From NCBI GenBank assembly GCA_964016885.1, contig OZ024742.1, positions 280,736,001-280,800,000 of the forward strand: a DNA stretch of 64,000 bases, given 5' to 3'. How positions within the stretch are numbered: position 1 is the stretch's first letter; every line of letters starts with the position of its first letter. The stretch is from Eledone cirrhosa (taxonomy: Eukaryota). The position numbers were made by a program, and so were the translations under genes. This document shows, piece by piece, positions 26,991-43,503 of this stretch. Below the pieces are notes generated by a model that ran no database searches, was not told where the DNA came from, and worked only from the letters and a program-made list of their open reading frames with translations.

Positions 26991-28779
26991 AATGTTGAGC
27001 CCTTACATATGTAATAATGAACAGCGGTATGGGACTGACTTGATCTACTCACCATTCGGATTTTGGCTACTCTGCGCCTTGCCTACCGCCCACCTGGTCC
27101 AATGCTACTTCTCTCTCGCCAATATTCAGACTTCGACAACATTCTACGGATTATACCTTAAACTGTATTGTACTGTATTGACTGAATTCTCTACCCTATA
27201 CTTCAGGGCCCTTGTAATTCACACTGGATTCGGAGGCTCAAACACACACTGATTCCATCTCTTCCATCCTCTATATCTATATGCATTATCTAACTGCAAC
27301 TTGATCTATATTGTATTTCCCCTGTGTTTTGATTTCTCCGATATGTTCTTATATACTTCCGTTTTACTCCACCACCACCCTAGCTATGACGGCGTTTTAT
27401 TTATTTTTTTATGTATTTTTTCATTTATTTATTTATTTATTTATTTATATATTTCTACCTTTTTACTTTATTAATGTGTTTTTACTTCGTAGTCTGCTTT
27501 TATTTATCTATGTATTTTTTTGTTTTTTGCCTACTGTTCCATTTATTTAATGTTTTTACTCGCTTTACTCTCATTAAGTACTTATCATTTTACTCATTAG
27601 CAGACGACACTAGAATATCTCCACCTGAGAACCACAATACTTATAACCCGGACTATCTGGGGACCTAGATATAGTCTACTTGCGTTTTTCATCGGGTTTT
27701 ATAATTGATGACACGCTATCATCCGACTGGTGTGGTCGGTTTCCTGGCTGCGCGCCCGGTGCCCTGGTGCATAAGCCTCCCTTGAGTGCTTGGAAAAATA
27801 AATTTCCCCTTCTTTCGGTAAATGAAATTACTCGGAGAGGCTGCTTCGCCCCGGGGCCCGCCGCGCCGCCGTTTTTGACCCCCATATAGTATCTTTAAAT
27901 TCTAGGCCTAATCATAACTATTAGCTGTATCATGCCTCCCTCTACTGGCACTTAAACAAATCCCCCTCCTGTGTAAATTAATAGTACTCGTTTGGTATAA
28001 CGATGGCCTGACGACGATGGCTGACTTCCCACTAGCACACCCGAAGCCTAGAACAGTTACATTCTTCGAGCGTTTGGAAAAATTGATTTCCATATCTCTC
28101 GATAGACGGTTTCACTCGGAATGGCTGACACGTGGTTAAAATGGGCAGGCCGGAGTCTGCAGTCGTCGCGTGCTGTTTGACTGCTAAACAAAGACTTAAT
28201 CTTTACTCTATATCCCAACCCGAAAGCTTATCGAGGATCTCTATAATACACTTAAATTTTTTTCAAAAAATACTCTCTCTGTAAATTCTTTAACTAAATC
28301 TCGCAACCCAAACCATACATTTGTTTAAACTGTTTTTTTTTTTAACTGTTTAATTATTAATTTTCAATTTTTTTTTATTTTATAATTTTAATCTATAATT
28401 TAGTTTTTTTAACTTTCATCCTAAAAATCTAAACAACATTTTCTGTTCACACATTATACCATGCAGACGCTCACTATATATACCTCTGTTATAATAGGTT
28501 CTTTAGAATAACTTTTTTCGCGGCAATTCCTAGCCTGATTGTAGCATGACATCAACGCTGACTTTTCTTCTTTCTTTCTGTCTTTTTTTTTCTCTTTGAC
28601 CTGGAGGTTAGTAGCACATTATAAGCTTTCGCCCCCTCACCAGATAGCCTTAAGTAGACCGAATAGCCACCACTTGAGGACGACCGGCTAAAGTGGAAGA
28701 TGTTAGATGGTCGGTCGTCCTCGAGTCTATGATTTTCAGCCCCATAGATTTTATGATACATTCACTTATAATATTTCGA

Positions 28780-28837
28780 ATACCTGATGATATCACCGGA
28801 TTCATACGGAACCCGGTCATTGAAATGATCAGAGTAG
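28780..28837 (+). ncRNA. Type I hammerhead (right repeat), cleavage-site U mutated
   Basis: Same motif as 26616, but reads GAAA-tgatca-GA-gtag. Confidence 0.6.
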
Positions 28838-28884
28838 AATAAACCTTTCAAAGATTTACACAAGCCCAGCCACCTATTATTTTT

Positions 28885-28944
<60 letters not shown>

Positions 28945-29177
28945 GCCTGCCCGCCCAGCCAGTGGGGTGGCGTTATCTCATGGCTAAAACCGCACAACGT
29001 GCTGTGACCAGCGGCGCCGAATGGACGCCAGACAGACTGGTCAGTCAAGGTGATCAAGGTGATATATATATATATATATATATGAATTGCTTTACCTGAT
29101 GAAGTGTATGATGAGTTATATCTGTATTGCCCGAAAATACTAATGTCACTGTAAATTGAGAAAATGATAAACTACTG

Positions 29178-29218
<41 letters not shown>

Positions 29219-29221
29219 TGA

Positions 29222-29322
<101 letters not shown>

Positions 29323-29534
29323 AAAAGGAAATGTGAAATAACAAAGCACACAAGTAAGTACAATGAAGAAATATATTAGTTAAACGCTTGATATGAAAAG
29401 TGTCTCAAAGTTTATGAAAATAGTCCTTCATCAGAAGATAGACTAACAAACAAATGGCAAAATAGAAAGATAGAGAGTGAAAAAAATAAAACGGAGCATA
29501 AAAAATAATGAGGGAAAAATCACATGCGTATTCA

Positions 29535-29925
29535 GGCGGTGGATTGGCAGTTTCGGTAGAGGGTCGGACGCCATGCTTTGACGCAAAGGGTTACGTCCCT
29601 TTACGATCTGAGTTCAAATCCCGCCGAGGTTTACTTTGCCTTTCATCCTTACGGGGTCGATAAAATAAAGTACCAGTAATGTACAGGGTAATTGCTGGCC
29701 TTGTGCCAAAAATAGAAACTATTATATATATATATATATATAATTGTTTCTGCTTTAGGCACAAGGCCAGCAATTACCCAGTGCATTACTGGTACTTTAT
29801 TTTATCGACCCCGTAAGGATGAAAGGCAAAGTAAACCTCGGCGGGATTTGAATTCAGACCGTAAAGGGAGGTAACTATGCTGGAAAGCATGGCGTCCGAC
29901 TCTCTACCGATACTGCCAATCCATA
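29535..29925. mobile_element. Tail-to-tail inverted pair of near-identical SINEs around a (TA)n spacer
   Basis: 29541-29722 (+) is the reverse complement of 29742-29922. Confidence 0.85.
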
Positions 29926-30041
29926 TATAGTGGTAGAACACTGGAAGGTAATATCCGTAGTGGTAGATGACTCAGTCCTGAGGATCCGCTTATGTGAAAC
30001 AAAATATTCTCGGTATGGTGAACTAACTGTTCTGTAACCAC

Positions 30042-30082
<41 letters not shown>

Positions 30083-30087
<5 letters not shown>

Positions 30088-30893
30088 AAAGAAAATGAAA
30101 TCGAAAATGCAACTGGAATCTTATTTAAAAAATATATATATATATTTATTTGGTTCCTTTACCGGTTTAGCAGTTCTTCTGCTTTTCAAAAGGTGAGTTG
30201 AGATGGAGGGTCTGTGGTTTTTCTCACATCTGGTTGGTCTCTGAATGTTACTTGTTTTATATGGAAAAAGTGGCTCGAAATGCCAGGTTTTTCGAGAAGA
30301 AAATTTGATTGGTTTGTCAATAATTATAATAAATTTCGCGCTAGTTCGCGTTACAATAGTTCTTCAAATAAGAGGGAGGGGGTGGGGGGGGGAGTTGTCG
30401 CAGGTTGTTTTTTCATATATGAGTGTTTGAATTTCTTTTCACTTGAAAACCCCCCCAAAAAGCCTTCGTGAGCCTCCTTTTTTCAAGTAAAAAGAAATTC
30501 AAACACTCATATATGAAAAAACAACCTGCGACAACCCCCCCTCTTATTTGAAGAACTATTGTAACGCGAACTGGCGCGAAATTTATTATAATTATTGACA
30601 AACCAATCAAATTACTTCTCGAAAAACCTGGCATTTCGAGCCACTTTTTCCATATAAAACAAGTAACATTCAGAGACCAACCAGATGTGAGAAAAACCAC
30701 AGACCCTCCATCTCAACTCACCTTTTGAAAAGCAGAAGAACTGCGAAACCGGTAAAGGAACCAAATAAATATATATATATATTTTTTAAAATAAGACTCC
30801 AGTTGCATTTTCGATTTCATCTCTTTTTCTTTATACTTTCACTCGTGTAGGACACCTCGGTTATTTTTCATTTTGTAAATAAAACCTCACTTT

Positions 30894-30895
<2 letters not shown>
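30083..30895. mobile_element. Head-to-head inverted PLE terminus (~360-bp arms) in (TA)n
   Basis: 30083-30447 is the reverse complement of 30481-30834. Each arm carries an HHR motif. Confidence 0.8.
30721..30758 (+). ncRNA. Minimal hammerhead with U3-A8 core (mutated mirror copy at 30156-30193, minus)
   Basis: cctt-TTGAAAA-gcag-aagaa-ctgc-GAAA-ccgg-TA-aagg: perfect stems I and II, palindromic ACCGGT. Confidence 0.75.
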
Positions 30896-30956
<61 letters not shown>

Positions 30957-30959
<3 letters not shown>

Positions 30960-31372
30960 CAACAACTGGTCCGTTTCTTCCGTTATCATTTCGGAAGAAG
31001 GATCAGGATGGAGAGAGAGGTGCTGCACCCCAGCCGTTTCTATGAAAGATGGGTGAAAGTGGCGAGAATGGCCCGTGTGAATGGGCCTTCACTCTACATC
31101 AGACTATAGGTGAGGAAGATGAAAGATCAAGGGAGCACCCCTTCTCTGTGCTCCTGAGGAGAAGGGTTGCACACTTTTTTCGGGGGTGTGTGCGACCCCC
31201 CAAGGCGCCTCCTCTCTATTGAGGATTTTGTTAAAAATTTTATTTTTTGTTATATCTTATTTTATTTTTATATTTTGTTATTGCCTCCTCCTTATTGAGG
31301 ACGCCTTTTTGTGTAAACTCCCCCCTTTGTACTTGTCCCACTTTTGATGCCCTAGTGGCAAATAAAAGAAAC
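30957..31372 (+). mobile_element. L1/Tx1-like LINE extreme 3' end (related tail at 57650-57720)
   Basis: Reads LVRFFRYH..IRMEREVL..RFYERW, then a UTR ending aataaaagaaa at (TA)n. Confidence 0.45.
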
Positions 31373-31417
31373 CTATATATATATATATATATATATATAT
31401 TCATATATACATATATG

Positions 31418-31492
<75 letters not shown>

Positions 31493-32103
31493 ATGCGTGC
31501 GGCGTGCGCCTGTGTCTGTGCGTATTCTGTGTGTGCGCATGTTTGCCGATGTGTCTGTATACATTAAACATTTAGATTTGTTGTCATGTGATAGACACGC
31601 TTGGGGGCTCCTTTTTCTCTGTTAATGTTTTAGTTTCGTTGGTATTGTGTGATGGTGGTCTTAAATGTTTTACAGTAGCGCTAGTATTGCTGGTGCTGCT
31701 GATGGTGGTTCTGGGTTTAAGGATGGAACTGGTGGAGATGATGATAGTACTCCTGCGTTGGTGGATGTGGCTGTGGTGGTGACAATCGTGGGGGCTTAGG
31801 ATGGTGGCAATAGTAGGTCGTATATTTTCGCGTAGCTACACTTTTTTCCTGTTTTTGCCGTTGCTAGTGCTGTCTTTGTGGTTGATGATATCCCCACCCA
31901 TTCACAAGAACGGCCCTGAAGGAACTATGTATATAAGTACGTATGTTTGTATGTAAGTGAGTGTGGGGTGAGGTGAAGTGTTGGTCGTTGTGTTGAGATA
32001 ATCTCCAGCATGTTCTGCTGAAAGCAGGAGGGTACAATCACAACAGAATCAATGAAAACAGTATGTCTGAATTTACGAATATATATATGTGTGTGTGTGT
32101 GTA

Positions 32104-32229
<126 letters not shown>

Positions 32230-32237
32230 TATATGTT

Positions 32238-32269
<32 letters not shown>

Positions 32270-34524
32270 ATATATGTATTTGTATATATATACATGTATG
32301 TATATGCATGTATGCGTGTGTGTGTGCGTGTGTGTGTATGTGTATGTGTGTGTGTCTATGTCTTTGCTATAAATATATACAGATGTACGGAGACATAGAT
32401 ATATTTTGAGACTATAAAAGAAAGTATTTCTAGACTTGCTATAAAACTATATTTGTGTTTTAAACTGTTCTGTGCTGTGACTATGTGTACCATATTTAAG
32501 TTTGTGTTAGCAAATTTAATGCAGAGATAATTGAGAAAAGATAACTCGAATTAAATATACGGTGAATAAAATATATTACGATAATTTTTGTTTGGTGGAA
32601 GATTAAATGTGCAAATGTCTCCACCTTATTTTTAGCTCCGCTTCAAAATATATTCTTAATTTCATTTTGAGAAACATCGTTTATTGCTTCGCCTGGGAGT
32701 ATGAAACTGTTTAGAATATGTGATCGCTAAACATTTGTGAGACTTTTCAAAAATTGCAAAATTCTCAGTCTATCTGATTTGGACATTGTAATAAGACATT
32801 GAATGAAACAAAAATTGGTTTAGAGTGAGACAGCATTAATATAAAAAAGATGCATCTAATAAATTCTTTTCATGAGTGATACTTTACCTCGTGAAATCCA
32901 TCATTATTTCGCAAAATCCTGGTAATTATCTGAACCCACTTCAAATAACAACGCTTCTGAGATTTAATAACAAATTAATTCTAGCTGCTTGGAAAAAAAG
33001 AATAGGTACCTGGGTTTAAATTGGTTGGTTGATTTAATCTGTTGTCAGATTTAAAATTACGAATTCGTTGTGAACTCTATTTAGTAGAGTCTATTCTGTA
33101 GCAAGCATTACAGCTAGATTTCTTGTCTAAGGATAACTTTCTTCTTTCTCTCACGACAGATTCGAGAATCCCGATAAGAGGTAATGGGCATTGATTCTCT
33201 TTTTTTTCAGAAGAAAAATATATGTAATCTTAGTTAAAAACAATAACAATAATTAAATACTCTGAACATGATTGTAAATGGTAAATATTTTATCTTTTCG
33301 TTTGAATCTACGAGAGACAACTGTGGACAAGTTTCGTTTGTATTGTTTCTGCGCAAAAGAAGCAAAGGGGCTCACCATATTTGACATAGAAGTAACGAAA
33401 TAACGAACACGTACCATAATCTATGTACAGTTGATTGTGAATACAAAGTAAATTTGAACTCAGAGATGTCATATGCCGGAGAAAACAATAGTTAAACTAC
33501 TGTAAACATTCTATCTAACAAGCATTAAACACGTCAAGTGTTTAAAGACAAATTAATAATCAAAATAATTCGTATAGTTATATTCTAGGCAATTAGAGCA
33601 TATGAATTAATTACAATGTAAAATAAAATATGAAAACATAGAAAACAAGTGTGCGTTTTTCATCAGCTTGTGTTCTTTGATCTGCAAATTCTCGATAGGG
33701 GTTATCAGAACTGAAATTGTTTTAGAGAAAAAGCTATAATCTTTATTTTTTTTAATATATATATATTACAAAGTTAATTAATTTATACGCTATATTGTGT
33801 AGTAAATTTCCTGGTATACTAATTACCAAATCCATATTGCCAGATCATATAATCTGGTTATTGACTGATAATATATCACACTGGTGATGTAAGCAAGCCT
33901 CAAACCAGATCGTAGCTGAAATAAGAAAGCCGAACAAGCTGGAAATTGCGAGAATTCTGTTGCGGTGCATATTTGTTTTTAATATGTATAAAGTAGCTCC
34001 TTTTCTTTTATTGTCGTTATAGCTCCGTTGTGTCTAACGAGTGTTCCAGTTGATTTAATCAAGAGAACAGCTTCCACGTGAAATTAACCTGTATCTGGTT
34101 GAACAATTGACAAAAACGCAACACATTAACGTTGATTACAGATAAATTCAGCGTGAGACAGTGTGTGACAAGCATAGCTCCTTCATTTACAAACAAAACA
34201 CATGACTTGTACATGACTTGTACATGACTTCTACAGGTATAGAGCTGTTTCATTCGTATGAAATCCTCATATGCAATATATATACATTATATAGTACAAA
34301 TCCTCATATACAGTATATATACATTATATAGTACAAACGTTTCTTGTAGCCACCATCAGGTATTAGATTATCAGATGTTTGTTTTTCTGCTGTAGGCTTG
34401 TAGATCCCTATTGAGTCATGATCCTGATTTTGATGTTTCGTAGAAGTCGAGTGACACATCACCAACAGGAGACGTAAGCTTATGGAACCGATTAACCTAG
34501 CTTTACAGTCATGTGATGAAAATG

Positions 34525-34610
<86 letters not shown>

Positions 34611-35139
34611 CATACATATATATATATGGTGGCTGCCAACTCGTTTTCGAGTACGGCCACTACTTTATATCCATGTAGGAGAACCCCTACTGATGCGCTG
34701 AACGAGTGTGACTTTTTAGTCCAGCCAGCGACTTGAAAGCTCTGGAACAAACACTACACTTGTGACAATTATTGACACATAGTGCTGGGCCCATGGTACC
34801 ATGTGACGACAAATGCAGAGAGATCTCCAGATATAAAGCAATGCCTGTGCCGTGAAGCTTTTATAGTGAGCAAAGGCACTGCACAAAGCCAGTCCCACTC
34901 TCTTAACCAAGATGATATTTACCAAAAAGAAGAACAAGTCAACATCATTGGATACCATCAGGGTTGCAGGTGTTATATCAGAGTTTTCCTTCTCCTAGAA
35001 TTCTGCCTTGACAAAGGCTAAGGGGTCATCTCTCCCGGTGATTTTGGATGGCCATTGACTCTTAAGAGCTCCTTTGCCTTTTGACAGGTTTTGTTTTTAG
35101 TCCTGCAGGATGTCCAAAGTCACCCTCCTCACCAAGAAA

Positions 35140-35199
<60 letters not shown>

Positions 35200-35420
35200 T
35201 CGTTTCTGAATTTGTTTAGCAAGATTCTTTATCTAAAATCGTGTGTTGAAACCAATATTGTTATACTTTGGGAGGGTCATGTTGCCAATAAGAAACACAC
35301 GCACCAGTTGCTTTCACTTCAATTTATTATATATTTATAAATTTATAAATTTACAAATCTACAAACTTATAAATTTCTGGTTGGTTGGTTGGTTCCACAA
35401 CCAGATAGTTGTTTATATAT

Positions 35421-35465
35421 AGTCATACTCCTTTCGTCACACACTCTGTGACCTCTTCAGTGACT
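35421..35465 (-). ncRNA. Minimal hammerhead ribozyme
   Basis: Minus: agtca-CTGAAGA-g-gtcaca-gagtg-tgtgac-GAAA-ggag-TA-tgact. Confidence 0.75.
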
Positions 35466-36684
35466 GGGGATTCCTTTCTTTGTTTCTGTGCCTTTCCTTT
35501 CTTCTGTCCTACGCCATTTTGTTTCTGTGTGTGTGTTGTGTGCTCAGTTTGCGCATGCGCCACATCCGGGTGTCTGTGTCTGTTTGTGTTCATTTATCTA
35601 TTTGTTTATTTATTTACATGTTGTTGGTTGGTTGTTTGTTCTATGTGTGTGTGTGTTTTCATTTTGTCCTTAATTGTAAGTTGTGATGTTGCTGTTCCAC
35701 TCATATTTTCTATTTAATTTTGGTTGTAATTCTTTTATGCTTACTGCCTCTGTAATTTGCCTAAACATTGCATCTTTTCTGTGTGTGGATTCTATTTTTA
35801 TTTCTATGTTCTCTAATGTACCCTTGTGTTCTATCTTAGCATGTTGGTAGAGTACAGATGATTCTTTATTATCTTGAAGGTCTCACCAGTTATTTTACAG
35901 GTTATACATTTCTTATCTATACATGAGGGTCTTTGGAATGGGTGTCTCTTGCTAATAAGTGTTTTTACGGAGGTACCTGGTACCTCCGTAAAAACACTTA
36001 TACGGGTATGTCTTGCTAATAAGTGTTTTTACGGAGGTACCAGGTACCTCCGTAAAAACACTTATTAGCAAGACATACCCGTTCCAAAGACCCTCATGTA
36101 TAGATAAGAAATGTATAACCTGTAAAATAAGCCCCCATATTAACTGTAAAACTAGAAATGTAGTGTATAGCATAAGATGTACTGAAGGACAATGTAGAAA
36201 CAAAAATATAGTGTACATAGGTGAGACAGCTCGTAGTATAAGGGAACGGATCCATGAACACTGGCGAGACCTTCAAAATAATAAAGAATCATCTGTACTC
36301 TACTAACATGCTAAGATAGAACACAAGGGTAAATTAGAGAACATAGAAATAAAAATAGAATCCACACACAGAAAAGATGCAATGTTTAGTCAAATTACAG
36401 AGGCAGTAAGCATAAAAGAATTACAACCAAAATTAAATAGAAAATATGACTGGAACAGCAACATCACAACTTACAATCAAGGACAAAATGAAAACACACA
36501 CACACATAGAACAAACAACCAACCAACAACATGTAAATAAATAAACAAATAGATAAATGAACACAAACACACACAGACACCCGGATGTGGCGCATGCGCA
36601 AACTGAGCGCACAACACACACACAGAAACAAAATGGCGTAGGACAGAAGAAAGGAAAGGCACAGAAACAAAGAAAGGAATCCCC

Positions 36685-36729
36685 AGTCACTGAAGAGGTC
36701 ACAGAGTGTGTGACGAAAGGACTATGACT
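36685..36729 (+). ncRNA. Minimal hammerhead ribozyme
   Basis: agtca-CTGAAGA-g-gtcaca-gagtg-tgtgac-GAAA-ggac-TA-tgact; 5-bp stem I, 6-bp stem II. Confidence 0.78.
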
Positions 36730-36887
36730 ATATATAAACAACTATCTGGTTGTGGAACCAACCAACCAACCAGAAATTTATAAGTTTGTAGATTTGTAAA
36801 TTTATAAATTTATAAATATATAATAAATTGAAGTGAAAGCAACTGGTGCGTGTGTTTCTTATTGGCAACATGACCCTCCCAAAGTAT

Positions 36888-36987
<100 letters not shown>

Positions 36988-37155
36988 ATACAGAGAGAGA
37001 ACGAGAGAGAGATCAGGTTTATACAGTTTTAAAATAGTAAGATTACGCGATACTTTCGATAGTGGCGTATAAATATAGCAAAGAAACAGGGCCCCACGGT
37101 CGAGGCTCTTTTGAATTTTTGGTGTCGCAAACACAGCCGTGGCTCGCGGACCCTT

Positions 37156-37247
<92 letters not shown>

Positions 37248-37479
37248 CAAGAGAAAACGAGACATATATTGAGATGCAAATCCTAAATCATATTAGATTT
37301 CGCTTGGGAATGAAGATAATGAAAAATGAATCTGTACCTGAAGAACTGACAGAGAAAATTTACCTAACTTTTGTTCGTAGCCCAGAGAAATGAACTAAAT
37401 AGATAATCAATTAATCCCAGCTAAATCCACATTATAAGTGTGAAGAAAAAATAAACAAATGATTACCGAATTATTCCTC

Positions 37480-38250
37480 GTAGTCCCGACTGCTGGCAGT
37501 TGCGCTTGTGCTATATAGAAAAAGTGAAAGTTCGTTGTAGTTGCGCCTTTTCTATGTGGCTTCAGTCTTTTCAAGCGACTCCTTTAATCAGGACTAGTTT
37601 TTTCTAAAGTGATCGCCGCCTGTAATACAATCAAAAAGGGGAAAGTCATCATTTAATAAATTGTCAAGACAGAAAGATAGTGAAGGGTGGCAAGTAAAGG
37701 CATTGCTAGAAGAAGCAGTGAATTAAAGGCTAATTTTTACTTAACATTACGGGAGTTAGAGCAAAGTCACACATATATATATATGAAAATAGTACGATAC
37801 ACCAACGAACGAGATGGAACAAGAACGGGTAATAAAAAAGGGGAAGGGTTACGTCACAAGAGAAGAACAAGGGAAAGTGGAAGATGTTCAGCCGATTCAT
37901 CAAAGCCAGTTTTTCTTTGCGAAAACACTTGGGAAAGTCTAGCTTCGACTTCTACCACCATGACATTTCCAAATTTTAAAGACGTCGTTTGCAACAGATG
38001 AATTGACACAAGGAAGTGATGACTAAGCACAGACGTAGAGGTAAGTCTGACGAACGTAAAACTCATGGGATGAAATCATGGGTAGATAGGAACAAAAGGG
38101 TCTGATACCGCCTTCCTCGACCTTTGTAGTTTCCATATTATCTCGAGTTTGTATATAAGTTTGTCCACCCGTTGTTTTATCAGGTTATCTCAGCGCCTTT
38201 CTAATTTGAAAGGATCGTCATACTACGTCCTAAGCTATCATTTCCCCATT
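37480..38250 (-). mobile_element. Possible very old Penelope RT remnant
   Basis: Weak resemblance only (DDPFKLERR..., HLLQTTSLKFGN); no catalytic motif seen. Confidence 0.25.
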
Positions 38251-38817
38251 GTTTAACTAATAAAACAGTATCAGTTTCGAGGAGCCTGCTGACATTTTCT
38301 TTATTGTTATTGTGTATGTCACGTTCCTCTGTATTTTCTCCCGTTTCTGTTCTGTTCCATTTATCCATGTTTTGTTCCATTTATTCCTTGTTTCATTACA
38401 TTTGACATATCATCTATTCCAACGCAACACATTATTCCAGTAACATTTCGGTTTACTATATATAACTAAAATATATAGTAAAATTTGCGCAAGCAATCAA
38501 AGTGTATAGAATGATATATCTATATAGAATGTCTTAATTAATTACCAGCAACTTATATGCAAATTACTATGGTAATTTCAGAATAATACAAAGAGCAAAT
38601 GGGTATACATACCCATCAAAAACATGTTTCCTTATGGTTAATGGATGATATACACATCTTCTGATGAGGGTCTTATATCATTTCTTTCTATCTACATCCA
38701 AATTTGTATTTGTTTACATGTTTACATACCCACATATCAGATATGTGCATATATGTATACACATTGGTGCAGTCTCGGATACACATTTATACAGATATAA
38801 TTACACATTCACACACG

Positions 38818-41830
<3,013 letters not shown>

Positions 41831-41930
41831 AATATATATATAATATATATATAAATAATATCCAAGAAAAACTCGAACCGTTAAGGTATCTGTTCTTGGT
41901 TATGTCAACATTTATAAAACAAACTTTGTA

Positions 41931-41987
41931 TTTTATCTGATGAGTGCGTACCAAAGATTTGGTACCCTTGAAATATATATAATAGAA
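41931..41987 (+). ncRNA. Type I hammerhead in a ~180-bp solo pLTR-like fragment (41850-42032)
   Basis: ttttat-CTGATGA-gtgc-gtaccaa-agat-ttggtac-cctt-GAAA-tatata-TA-atagaa; palindromic ATATATAT. Confidence 0.7.
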
Positions 41988-42032
41988 AAATATGGTTTTA
42001 TAAATATAGTTTCCATTTATTTAATATCATTG

Positions 42033-42061
<29 letters not shown>

Positions 42062-42063
<2 letters not shown>

Positions 42064-43457
42064 GGCTTCAACATCTCTATACAGGTTGAGGCCAAACTCT
42101 CGGTCGTTAATTACCTCGACGTTACCCTCAATTTATCGAATGGCTTGTATCACCCGTATATAAAGACAAATGATACGCTTAATTAAATAAGTAATCATTC
42201 TAACCATCCTGCCAGCATAACCAAGAACCTGGTAAGAAACGTTTCATTGAGGCTTTCCCGTCTATCTACTAACGAGCATATTTTCAACGACAATTCCACA
42301 TATTACAATGAAGCTCTTGCTCGGAGTGGATTTGTCGATAAGGTAGCATATACAGAGTAAGGGAAGAGACCTAGAAGAAATAGATCCCGATGCATTATAT
42401 GGTTTAACCCACCATATAATATGGAGGTGGCCACACCATTAGCTAAGATCTTTCTATCGCTTATTACGAAGCATTTTCCCCCTACACATAAATATAGTAA
42501 ATTTTTTAATAGAAATACTATTAAAATGTCTTACTCTACGACTCCTAACCTTGCACATAACATCACAGCTTCAAATTTAGCTAAACTACCTAGCCGTAGG
42601 AACACGTGCAACCCTGTAGTTAGTACTAACTGTAATTGTAGGAATTGGGTTGATTGCCCCCTATCCGGGAAATGCCTCTCTAGTAACATTGTCTACAAAT
42701 GTAAGGTTGAAACACCCACGTCCCGTAGGGCCTACATAGGGTTAACCGCCAATAGATTCAAGCGGCGTCTTTACATGCATACCCATTCTTTTCGTTACCC
42801 TCTAAGGACGAATATTACGTCAATTTGAGCTTATTTATGGAGTCTAAAAGACAACCACACCCAATACAAGTAACACTGGGAGATCCTAGCTAGGGCTAGA
42901 TCGTATAACGGAAATAAAAGACCATGTGACCGATGCGCCGCTGAGGCCCTGAAAATACTCTACGTCACAGACCAAATCTTAAACAAAAAATCTGAGGCAA
43001 TTTTGGCTTGTAAACATAAATTGCACAACACTTTCCTGTATTACAGCCCCACATTATACCCTAACGGATAGTACGATCTATACGCGGATATTTTACGTCT
43101 TGATGTGGTAGCTAAGTATATGTTATTTTTATACCATTACTTATTTGCATAGGTAAGTATATATTACATCTATGTTTTGTGAAGGTACGTATACTTTCTC
43201 GTACGTATATTTGATTGTATATGTTATGTCGTATATTTTATATATTCAGGTACATATGCTTTTGGTTATGTGTATACGTGAGTTTTGTGTCTGTGTGAGT
43301 ATGCGGTTTCCTACGTATGTATGGTGTGTGTGTATGTGTACTTCGTGTTTTGGTTGACGTTGGTCTCCGAACATATGTGTATTTACATGTAGGTATGTGT
43401 GTGCGCTTGTTATATACCTATTTATTCATTTATATACGTTTATTTAATTATTTGTAT

Positions 43458-43503
<46 letters not shown>

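Larger units (their letters stand above)
26510..28890 (+). mobile_element. Non-coding retrozyme-like / non-autonomous PLE element with direct HHR-containing terminal repeats
   Basis: 26515-26725 is repeated at 28681-28890. No credible ORF. Flanked by (TA)n. The interior is homologous to 39030-41830. Confidence 0.8.

Noticed and set aside
42355-42830. In-frame stops in PLE ORFs as selenocysteine (Naiad-like)
   Set aside because: Stops are mixed TAA/TGA and accompanied by other decay; the TGA at ~42826 is not at a Cys position; the EN is C-terminal; no SECIS seen.
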